Of a DNA stretch of 25,237 bases, positions 1-7,499 are shown in pieces. Source of the stretch: a virus (taxonomy: Duplodnaviria > Heunggongvirae > Uroviricota > Caudoviricetes). The first letter of the stretch is position 1; each line of letters begins with the position of its first letter. The position numbers and the translations under genes are program-made. The notes under the pieces were generated by a model that ran no database searches, was not told the DNA's origin, and saw only the letters and a list, made by a program, of their open reading frames with translations. The stretch lies in IMG/VR virus record IMGVR_UViG_2706794662_000005. One strand, written 5' to 3'.

Positions 1-250
1 TCAGATCGCACAATCCGGGCTAAGTTCCCTCAAAGTGATCTACTATTCCGCGCAGCTATTTAGAGGATTATGCGAAACGCACAAATCAAAGCATTCTCGC
101 TGTAAGAAGGCAGGCTGATAGATCGGTAATTCCCGTTACTCAAGAAGGAAGAAACACAAAACGCAAAGTAAATCTCTTCGCAATTTTCCTGAAAACCATC
201 AGAAACGCAGAGAAATACGTGCAGATGACAAAATAACGAGGTGTCATTTT

Positions 251-589
251 ATGCTGAAGCAACGCCGTAATTTTTGTACCGGAACAGAACGCCACGCTAA
301 CCGTTTCACTACCAGTGCATCACGCAGCAACATCCGCTACAGCCTGAGTGATACACACGCAACGCCGGATGGCTACCCAGTAAAACAAATCGGCGAGCAC
401 GCCTGGCTGATTGAGAAAGCTGGAATCGTGATCCACAAATGCCCACGCAATCCGTTTACCGGAAACCGCATTTTTGCACTGAGCTGTGGCGACAATCAGT
501 TCGGGCAGGATTTCACATTATACGAAGCACTTCGCACGGTTGATCGTCTGCTTCGCGGGCAAAGTTTTATTAAACAGGCTGATTTATAA
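251..589 (+). CDS. hypothetical early-region protein (112 aa)
   Basis: ORF-track ORF, co-oriented with and tightly packed against the downstream early genes; GAGG-like RBS about 9 nt upstream. No motif recognised. Confidence 0.45.
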   Translation: MLKQRRNFCTGTERHANRFTTSASRSNIRYSLSDTHATPDGYPVKQIGEHAWLIEKAGIVIHKCPRNPFTGNRIFALSCGDNQFGQDFTLYEALRTVDRLLRGQSFIKQADL

Positions 590-599
590 CAGGTGCTTT

Positions 600-887
600 A
601 TGACCAAAGACAATGCACAAGGTGTATTTATCCGTTTTATTGATTTTCGCGGTGAACTGTTATTACGTGCATCCGCTATTGACGGAGTGACTCCGGCGGG
701 TAAAAACGGAGCCGACGAAGCCACTTACGTTTATCTGAACGGCACGCGACTGCTTGTGGAACTTCCGTACCAGACCGTACGAGAAATCATCAGCGAAGAT
801 GAAAAGGCACGCCAGGTTAATGGCGATGAACCCTATATCGAAATTATTTGTATGGATTCAGAAGCTGAAATACAGAAAGCAGATTAA
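600..887 (+). CDS. hypothetical early-region protein (95 aa)
   Basis: ATG at 600 lies 10 nt after the stop of the previous ORF, same frame as ORF-track 486-887. Acidic C-terminus. No motif recognised. Confidence 0.45.
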   Translation: MTKDNAQGVFIRFIDFRGELLLRASAIDGVTPAGKNGADEATYVYLNGTRLLVELPYQTVREIISEDEKARQVNGDEPYIEIICMDSEAEIQKAD

Positions 888-898
888 AGGGCGTTGTG

Positions 899-1141
899 AT
901 GGGCAAAGAATATAAAACTCTCATTAACAAAGCACTTGAGCGTTTTTATTTTCGCTTAAGTGCATCAGGCGCTCATGCTGAACGTGCGGCCCGTGACTCA
1001 TTGACCAGAGCAATCCGAAGTCTGTATGACGTGGCTTTTTACGCTGATGATCTGGATGCACTTAACGAACTTTCCGAGCTGATCTGTGCCGCAGAATGCG
1101 GGGAACATATTGAACCGTATAAGCTGGGAAATATCGCATGA
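899..1141 (+). CDS. hypothetical early-region protein (80 aa)
   Basis: ATG at 899 preceded by AAGGG; the ORF track starts at GTG 896. Its stop overlaps the start of the next small ORF (ATGA). Confidence 0.45.
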   Translation: MGKEYKTLINKALERFYFRLSASGAHAERAARDSLTRAIRSLYDVAFYADDLDALNELSELICAAECGEHIEPYKLGNIA

Positions 1142-1251
1142 GTATATTTATTTCATGGCTTGTTCTGATTATTTCGGTGGTCTGCGCCATTGGGATTATG
1201 CGAATTATTAATTCAGTAAAAAAGATTGAACGCTTTTTCACTGAAGAATAA
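1138..1251 (+). CDS. small hydrophobic peptide (37 aa), putative single-pass membrane protein
   Basis: ATG at 1138 overlaps the upstream stop (ATGA). Translation MSIFISWLVLIISVVCAIGIMRIINSVKKIERFFTEE has one hydrophobic helix and a charged tail. Too short for the ORF track. Confidence 0.35.
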   Translation: MSIFISWLVLIISVVCAIGIMRIINSVKKIERFFTEE

Positions 1252-1337
1252 CCGCGCAAATAAGACCCCAGGTTAAATAAGAAAATGTGAAAACAATCCG
1301 CATTCGCGGAGGTATTCGCACACGCCAAGGAGGCGTA

Positions 1338-1541
1338 ATGGCAATTAAGCATTTTCCTGTCGTTCGTTTCACCTCCAGAGGACGTGAATACGAAGTTGAC
1401 GAACGCCTGATTACCACAATCGACAAACACCGTTCAGAAAAGGATGCACATCATATCTATCTCACTGACGGCACTTACTTCTGCGCCACCAACGTGGTGC
1501 AGGTGAATCTTATCAGACAGGTACAGGAGTCACGCAGATGA
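1338..1541 (+). CDS. hypothetical protein (67 aa)
   Basis: ATG at 1338 preceded by a strong AAGGAGG RBS at 1327-1333; the ORF track gives a longer frame from 1287. Confidence 0.45.
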   Translation: MAIKHFPVVRFTSRGREYEVDERLITTIDKHRSEKDAHHIYLTDGTYFCATNVVQVNLIRQVQESRR

Positions 1542-1783
1542 CCATTCTGGACTACATCGCTGCCAATCCGGGTTGTAGCAGTGGAGAAATCGCCGCAGCA
1601 CTGAATACACCAACCACAACCATTAATGCGGAGCTACGCCGTCTCTGGCGCAGCGGTTTAGTCACAAGAAAAGAGCGCAAAACAGGCGGTCGCTTTTCTT
1701 ATCAGGTAAACCTGATGCCGTTTGGGTGTAGCAACCCACTAACCCAGATGTTCAACCAGCTACTGAGGGAAATCAGAGCATGA
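1538..1783 (+). CDS. putative winged-helix DNA-binding protein (81 aa)
   Basis: ATG overlaps the upstream stop (ATGA) with AGGAG upstream. The sequence (GEIAAALNTPTTTINAELRRLWRSGLVTRKERKTGGRFSY) is consistent with a helix-turn-helix plus wing; the fold call is inference. Confidence 0.45.
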   Translation: MTILDYIAANPGCSSGEIAAALNTPTTTINAELRRLWRSGLVTRKERKTGGRFSYQVNLMPFGCSNPLTQMFNQLLREIRA

Positions 1784-1924
1784 GCACCTCCAACTGCCGG
1801 AAACCACGTCGGGCTTCAGCAGCTCATCCGGCAGCAAAACAAACTCCATTAATTCCTGTTCCGGGCCTTTCCTGCACCTTGCGGCGGGAGGCCTTCGCAC
1901 ATCTGTAACAAGAGGATTGCCGCA

Positions 1925-2290
1925 ATGATTCTCGCCAACGACTTTCTTGAATACCTGCTCAACACAGAGCGTGATCTTGCCGCTCGCGTGCGTGATCGTT
2001 ATGACATGTACCTGAAATCCCTGCCTGTACCGCAGCTCGCTGACGGAAAGATTGTTATTGATGGTCGCTACATGATTGACAGCCACGAGGGAAATTACAG
2101 GCTTTACCGCATTGAAGGTGGCACCCCGTCCGTTATTGGCATTTACCAGCGCCCATCCTCTGCAATCGTCGATGTGATTGCCGACAGCATCCGCATCACA
2201 CATCGCCATGCCGACACAGAAGACACCGTGCTGGAAATTCAGCGGCTGGCTACAGTCTGCCGCGACACCCTGAATGGCATGACGAAGTAA
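1925..2290 (+). CDS. hypothetical protein immediately upstream of the rep gene (121 aa)
   Basis: ORF-track ORF ending 6 nt before the rep start codon; same strand as the operon. Confidence 0.5.
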   Translation: MILANDFLEYLLNTERDLAARVRDRYDMYLKSLPVPQLADGKIVIDGRYMIDSHEGNYRLYRIEGGTPSVIGIYQRPSSAIVDVIADSIRITHRHADTEDTVLEIQRLATVCRDTLNGMTK

Positions 2291-2296
2291 ATCACT

Positions 2297-5119
2297 ATGA
2301 CGGCAGAGTACATCAGGGACTGGCAACAACCGCGCCACGCAGTGGGGCGTGAAGGAACGGGGATCCCCGCTCCTGAATCCGCGCTTTCCTCCTGGCTGGA
2401 TGCCCACCGGGCAGAGAACGAGCGCCGCCAGGAAATGGCTGATGCGGCGTTCTCCGCCACGCCACTGGGCAACCTGATTAATAAAAGCCTGGACGCACAG
2501 GAAAAACAGGACAAAACCATCACACTGGCAGGAGACGCCAGAAAACAGGCACGCGGCGCGGTGGATGAAGCCATGGCCTCGCTGCGCCTGCTGCCGTCCT
2601 ATCTGCGCGATCCGCTTATTCGCCACCTCTCCTTCCTGCGCAAAAAACAGGAAGCCGATCGCCGGAAAGGCAAAAAGAGCTGGCAGGCGGAACGCTATGC
2701 ACGCGGAACCCTGCGCAAAATATTCGAACGTCTGGATCGCACTGACGGACACTGGCTGACACCGGGTTATCGCTCCCTTGCCGGACGTGAACGCCTGGAC
2801 GATTTGCTTTACCTGCCGCAACTCAACAAACACCAGATACAGACGCTGGCCACCATGACGGCGGCGATGTTCAGCAGCACCTTCGAAAAACTCTGCGATG
2901 GTTTTGGCGCGACTGATGGCGAGCTGACCATGGATGTAACGCTGAAGGCGTATCAGATGCTGGCCCGCATGGCGTTACACTTACACGCCATGCCTCCGCA
3001 TTATGACGCACTGACAACAGACAAAGACCGGAGGCACGAACCGGACACAGAACTGCTGCCGGGCGCAATCCTTCGCCTGACCTGTGCGGAATGGTGGAAA
3101 CGCAAACTGTGGCTGTTACGTTGCGAGTGGAGAGAAGAACAACTTCGCGCCGCCTGTCTGGTTTCCAGAAAAACATCGCCCTATCTGAGCCAGGACGCGT
3201 TAAGCGAGTTTCGCGCACAGCGCGAGAAAACACGCGATTTCCTGAAAAGTTTCATGCTGGAAAATGAAGACGGGTTCACGATTGATCTCGAGACGGTGTA
3301 TTACGCGGGAGTAAGTAACCCGGTTCACCGTAAGGCAGAAATGATGGCCACCATGAAGGGGCTGGAACTTCTGGCCGAAGCCCGTGGCGACAAAGCGGTG
3401 TTTCTGACTGTCACCTGCCCGTCAAAATACCACGCCACAACGGAGAACGGTCATCCGAATCCCAAATGGAACGGGGCCACAATGCGCGACTCCAGCGATT
3501 ACCTGGTTAACACGTTTTTTGCGACGGTCCGCAAAAAACTGAACCGCGACGGCCTGCGCTGGTATGGCATCCGCACGGCGGAGCCTCACCATGACGGCAC
3601 CGTGCACTGGCATATGATGGTCTTTGCTCATCCGGAAGAAATCGACACCATTGTGTCCCACACCCGCGATATTGCCATTCAGGAAGATCGTCACGAGCTG
3701 GGCGATGACATAACTCCGCGCTTTAAGGCGGAGTATGTAGACGGCTCAAAAGGCACGCCAACCAGCTACATCGCCACCTACATCGGGAAAAACCTGGACA
3801 GCCGCGCCGTGGATGGCATCGACCCGAAAACGGGCAAGCCACGCGTTGACCACGAAACCGGAAAATCAATGGCCGAGAGCGTGGAACGCGCCATCGGCTG
3901 GGCGCGCCTTCACCGGGTCCGCCAGTTCCAGTTCTTTGGCATCCCCTCCCGCCAGGTATGGCGTGAACTGCGCCGCCTTGCCAGCCAGATGGCACGCAAC
4001 CCGGAAGGCCCGCAACGGCTGAAGGATGACGCAATGGATGCGGTTCTTGCCGCCGCTGATGCCGGATGTTTTGCCACCTACATAGAGAAACAGGGCGGCG
4101 TACTTGTTCCACGCAAAGACTACCTGATTCGCACCGCCTACGACCTCGCCGATGAGCTGAACGATTACGGCGAACAGAGCGTACAGATTTACGGGATCTG
4201 GTCACCACTCATCGGGGAATCCTCCCGTGTGTGCACGCATCCGGATAACTGGAAGCTGGTAAGACGCAAACCGGAAGCGGAAGACAGCGCCCGCGAAAAT
4301 GGTTTTGACCTTCAGGGCGGCCCTGCCGCCCCTTGGACTCGTGGCAATAACTGTCCCCGTGTACAGGAAACGGACAACAACGGGACAGAACAGCCGGAAG
4401 AACGGCCAGCACCGTGGCCGCAGCTCCCTGACGGCGTTGATGTGGATGAATGGATGCGCTCACTGAAACGGCACGAACGCCGGGCGCTGATGCGTTCGCT
4501 TCGTGACAAACAGGCAAAAAACAGCAGTGATGAAATGCAGAGCTGGACACAGAGCCGCAAACAGCAGCGGCCTTTGCCTGATAACCACGAATTACTCGCT
4601 AAAGAATGGCGGGAGTCTGCTGAATCTCTCGGCCTGCATATCGGTGAACAACAGATGCAGCACCTGTTACGGGGCGGCAGTCTGTACGTTGACGGCAGCA
4701 TCATTGCACCGCAGGGATTTGAAATTGTACGCAAACCGGATACCCGCCCGGACAGCCGAATCACGCAGCTCTGGCAGCGCCTGAGCCGTAATCATGGCGT
4801 AAGCAGCACGGAGATCCGCCATAACCCGGTCGCCAGCTATCTGACACAGCTGGGGGCATCAGACCCTGAAGCCGCCGCACGCCTGGCATCCACACTTCAG
4901 CAGGACCAGAACACCATGAAAACACCCGTTACCGTGCTTTCTGACATGCTGCGCGCCATCCGCGACGCAGAGCACGCACAGAGAATCAGTGAAACCACTG
5001 AACGCGCCCGCCGCAAAGCAGACCTGCTGCGGGGTGGCCTGACCAGTGGAAACAAAAAACAGACAGAAACGGGACTCACGAATCCCGTAAATGAGCAAAA
5101 AACGCGCAGCGATATATGA
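2297..5119 (+). CDS. A: rolling-circle replication initiation endonuclease, P2 gpA-like (940 aa)
   Basis: HUH motif TVHWHMMVFAHPEE (about 3596-3640) and a paired-tyrosine motif YIATYIGKN (about 3763-3790), both typical of P2 A-family nickases. Longest ORF in the window. The C-terminal third is hydrophilic and low-complexity. Confidence 0.9.
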   Translation: MTAEYIRDWQQPRHAVGREGTGIPAPESALSSWLDAHRAENERRQEMADAAFSATPLGNLINKSLDAQEKQDKTITLAGDARKQARGAVDEAMASLRLLPSYLRDPLIRHLSFLRKKQEADRRKGKKSWQAERYARGTLRKIFERLDRTDGHWLTPGYRSLAGRERLDDLLYLPQLNKHQIQTLATMTAAMFSSTFEKLCDGFGATDGELTMDVTLKAYQMLARMALHLHAMPPHYDALTTDKDRRHEPDTELLPGAILRLTCAEWWKRKLWLLRCEWREEQLRAACLVSRKTSPYLSQDALSEFRAQREKTRDFLKSFMLENEDGFTIDLETVYYAGVSNPVHRKAEMMATMKGLELLAEARGDKAVFLTVTCPSKYHATTENGHPNPKWNGATMRDSSDYLVNTFFATVRKKLNRDGLRWYGIRTAEPHHDGTVHWHMMVFAHPEEIDTIVSHTRDIAIQEDRHELGDDITPRFKAEYVDGSKGTPTSYIATYIGKNLDSRAVDGIDPKTGKPRVDHETGKSMAESVERAIGWARLHRVRQFQFFGIPSRQVWRELRRLASQMARNPEGPQRLKDDAMDAVLAAADAGCFATYIEKQGGVLVPRKDYLIRTAYDLADELNDYGEQSVQIYGIWSPLIGESSRVCTHPDNWKLVRRKPEAEDSARENGFDLQGGPAAPWTRGNNCPRVQETDNNGTEQPEERPAPWPQLPDGVDVDEWMRSLKRHERRALMRSLRDKQAKNSSDEMQSWTQSRKQQRPLPDNHELLAKEWRESAESLGLHIGEQQMQHLLRGGSLYVDGSIIAPQGFEIVRKPDTRPDSRITQLWQRLSRNHGVSSTEIRHNPVASYLTQLGASDPEAAARLASTLQQDQNTMKTPVTVLSDMLRAIRDAEHAQRISETTERARRKADLLRGGLTSGNKKQTETGLTNPVNEQKTRSDI

Positions 5120-5167
5120 AGCGCGCACAAAACAGGCAAAAACGGGATTTCAGAATCCCGTAAACGA
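5051..5167. repeat. two copies of a ~42-bp direct repeat, each holding a 6-bp inverted repeat (ACGGGA-N8-TCCCGT); candidate parC centromere/operator or replication origin
   Basis: Palindrome cores at 5069-5088 (acgggactcacgaatcccgt) and 5142-5161 (acgggatttcagaatcccgt), with shared flanks aaacag.ca.aaacggga...gaatcccgtaaa. Copy 1 overlaps the last codons of rep; copy 2 lies 35-55 bp upstream of the parM start. Confidence 0.4.
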
Positions 5168-5195
5168 TTAATTAATCAACATAAGGAAAAGCGAC

Positions 5196-6155
5196 ATGAA
5201 AATTTGTATCGACGACGGCTCCACCAACATCAAGCTGGCATGGACTGAGAACGGCGAACGCCGCAACGCCATCAGCCCGAACAGCTTCAAGTCGGAATGG
5301 TCTGCGCCGTTCGGTGGCATGCAGCCCGCGAACTACATGCTTGATGGCGTGCGCTATGGTTTTGATCCGGTCAGCGATCGCTTTGTCCAGACAACCGACA
5401 CGCAATACCAGTACAGCGATGTAAATGTCATTGCCATTCATCACGCGCTGGTCAAATCAGGCATCACGCCACAGGAGGTGGATGTGGTTGTCACCCTGCC
5501 ACTGAGCGAGTATTTCGACACAAACGCACAGCCGGACATGGCCAACATCAACCGCAAAAAAGCGAACGTTATGCGCCCGGTGGAGTACCAGAACGGCGAA
5601 GCATTCACTATCCGTAACGTGCGGGTTATGCCTGAATCCATTCCGGCTGGCTTTAAGGCACTGGCTGACATGAGTCCGTTTGAATCCCTGCTGATTGTGG
5701 ATTTGGGCGGAACCACGCTGGATGTGGCAAAGGTTCAGGGGCAACTGGCAGGTATCAGCCAGGTGTTTTGCGATCCACACGTAGGCGTTTCTCTGATGGC
5801 CGATGCCGTACTGTCGGTGATGGCCACTAACGGTATGCGCACCAGTCACCACATCGCCAATACCATTATCGAACATCGCCATGATGAAGCCTGGCTGCGC
5901 CAGCACATCCACAATGACGCGCATTACGCCAGCCTGATGGCGGTTATTCGTGAAAAGGAAGAAACACTGAAACAACGCGTGATCCGCGCGCTGGCGGGTT
6001 TTTCGGGTTACGGGCGGGTGATGGTTGTCGGTGGAGGGGCGGAGATTGTGGCACCCGCTATCCGCGAAGCCTGCGGAGTTAATGCGACTTTCATCGCGGA
6101 CGGGGTGCCACAGTTTGCTCTGGTTAATGGGCTGTACGCAATGGACAAGGAGTAA
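5196..6155 (+). CDS. parM: actin-like segregation ATPase, ParM/StbA family (319 aa)
   Basis: N-terminus MKICIDDGSTNIKLAW and downstream blocks (ISPNSFK.EW, YQYSDVNVIAIHHAL, LIVDLGGTTLDV) match my recollection of plasmid R1 ParM. RBS AAGGAAA upstream. Confidence 0.85.
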   Translation: MKICIDDGSTNIKLAWTENGERRNAISPNSFKSEWSAPFGGMQPANYMLDGVRYGFDPVSDRFVQTTDTQYQYSDVNVIAIHHALVKSGITPQEVDVVVTLPLSEYFDTNAQPDMANINRKKANVMRPVEYQNGEAFTIRNVRVMPESIPAGFKALADMSPFESLLIVDLGGTTLDVAKVQGQLAGISQVFCDPHVGVSLMADAVLSVMATNGMRTSHHIANTIIEHRHDEAWLRQHIHNDAHYASLMAVIREKEETLKQRVIRALAGFSGYGRVMVVGGGAEIVAPAIREACGVNATFIADGVPQFALVNGLYAMDKE

Positions 6156-6159
6156 ACCA

Positions 6160-6471
6160 ATGACGACACCAACCAGACGGATAAGTTTCTATCTGAAGCC
6201 TGCGGCCGTCAAGAACGAAAGCGAAGCATGCGCCTGGCTGGGCAGCCTTACACCAGAAGCCCGCAAAAGCGGCCAACGCGTGGCTTTTCTGGCCGGGCTG
6301 GCACTTCTGAAAATGAATCCAGCAGAGGCTTACCGACTGGCTGCATGGGCTGACGATGAGGCGTTATCGGTGACACAAACCAGGACAGAACGCCCCGTGC
6401 CACAGCCAGTACCAACCGCACAGATAACCAGTCAGATAGCAGGGAATATCCGGGCATTATTTCCTGAATGA
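6160..6471 (+). CDS. parR: ParR/StbB-like centromere-binding adaptor (103 aa)
   Basis: Starts 5 nt after the parM stop with AAGGAG RBS. Small protein; N-terminal RRISFYLKPAAV and C-terminal IRALFPE resemble R1 ParR as I recall it. The ORF track lists the frame from 6025; 6160 is the in-frame ATG with an RBS. Confidence 0.65.
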   Translation: MTTPTRRISFYLKPAAVKNESEACAWLGSLTPEARKSGQRVAFLAGLALLKMNPAEAYRLAAWADDEALSVTQTRTERPVPQPVPTAQITSQIAGNIRALFPE

Positions 6472-6531
6472 CGAATTTGACGGCTTTTAATTTTATCGGG
6501 GTGCACTGTCGCCCCGCACGAGGAAAACACG

Positions 6532-7056
6532 ATGAAAAAATACGAATACATGCTAATGAAAGAAGCACTGCGGGCTGGTCTGGCTCCCTGTCCTGTATCC
6601 GTAGAAGCTGTTGTTGGGAACACGATTTTCCGAACGCTGCGAAATCGCGTATCCGTGAAGATGGTTCACCAACCACCCAAATCTACCAGCATGATCTATC
6701 TGCCGCTGCCCGAGGCTATCAAACTTATGCGTTCGCTGAAATTTGCGATTTGGATGCAGACACAAATCAACAAAGCGGTGCAAAACACCTTCGTTAAGAG
6801 ACTAATACCGGAGCTTGCTGCCAGATGTGCAAAATGTACCAGACCCGCACTTCAATTTGATCTGTCATTGATTCAACAAGCTACGGAGGCAGAACTGTAC
6901 CGCCTGTCACCTATCCGTGATGCTCACACGGAAGCATCAGAAATGTTCCGGCTCATGTTTCAATTTAATTTTGCCGTTCGACGCACACGCGTTCAGGTCA
7001 ATCGCATGATGCAGGAGCAGGAAGAGTTAACACAGTACAAAGGGGGCAGCCAGTGA
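6532..7056 (+). CDS. hypothetical protein (174 aa), first gene of an accessory cassette
   Basis: GAGGA RBS, ATG at 6532. No recognisable motif. Noticeably more AT-rich than the structural genes by eye (not computed). Its stop overlaps the next start (ATGA). Confidence 0.6.
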   Translation: MKKYEYMLMKEALRAGLAPCPVSVEAVVGNTIFRTLRNRVSVKMVHQPPKSTSMIYLPLPEAIKLMRSLKFAIWMQTQINKAVQNTFVKRLIPELAARCAKCTRPALQFDLSLIQQATEAELYRLSPIRDAHTEASEMFRLMFQFNFAVRRTRVQVNRMMQEQEELTQYKGGSQ

Positions 7057-7292
7057 GTAATTCAGCACGACTACAGCTTGGTTTTTCACCGCTATCAAAA
7101 ACCATCGTATTGGCAAAAATGCGTGACTTAGGAGACGGAACAAAACGCCGCGTAGGAAATGATCGCGGTCGCGATGTAACCAACGAGGCCGCTCAACTCG
7201 TTTGGCATCTAGTCATGGCAGAAGGCGGTGAAATTAATTGGGAGCTGGATGATGGTTCTCGTATGATTTTGAGGGCCGAGAAGAGTAAATAG
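7053..7292 (+). CDS. hypothetical protein (79 aa), second gene of the accessory cassette
   Basis: Translationally coupled to the upstream gene (ATGA overlap at 7053-7056). No motif recognised. Confidence 0.5.
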   Translation: MSNSARLQLGFSPLSKTIVLAKMRDLGDGTKRRVGNDRGRDVTNEAAQLVWHLVMAEGGEINWELDDGSRMILRAEKSK

Positions 7293-7306
7293 CTCAAGGG
7301 GGATTA

Positions 7307-7492
7307 ATGCTAAATGATGATGAAGAAGAGCTGCTTATGCAGGAATGGTCGCTCGGTGATTATGATAATGGTGAAAATGGGTGCCCGCATTGTGGCCGTT
7401 ATCGTTTATGTATCTGCCAGAATGGAAAACACAGATGTGAAAAGTGCAATTGGTCTCCGGAACTTAATGACTACGTGCCGATCGAGTGGTAG
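7307..7492 (+). CDS. small Cys-rich protein with putative zinc ribbon (61 aa), third gene of the accessory cassette
   Basis: AAGGGGG RBS upstream. Cysteine pattern CPHCG...CICQNGKHRCEKC and an acidic N-terminus. AT-rich. Confidence 0.5.
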   Translation: MLNDDEEELLMQEWSLGDYDNGENGCPHCGRYRLCICQNGKHRCEKCNWSPELNDYVPIEW

Positions 7493-7499
7493 AGGTAAG

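Noticed and set aside
1760-2833. 357-aa minus-strand ORF overlapping the 5' part of the rep gene and the upstream gene
   Set aside because: Antisense to the well-supported HUH rep gene and to a plus-strand early gene; no RBS or motif. Typical spurious long antisense frame in GC-rich coding DNA.
2871-4764. Several minus-strand ORFs (2871-3233, 3723-4208, 4209-4550, 4312-4764) inside the rep gene
   Set aside because: All are antisense to rep, with Arg/Cys/Pro-rich compositions typical of out-of-frame translation.
6472-6531. Possible promoter or terminator between parR and the cassette (TTGACG at 6476-6481; GC hairpin cggggtgcactgtcgccccg)
   Set aside because: The -35-like hexamer lacks a convincingly spaced -10, and the hairpin has no following U-run. 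Too weak to call without a promoter or terminator prediction tool.
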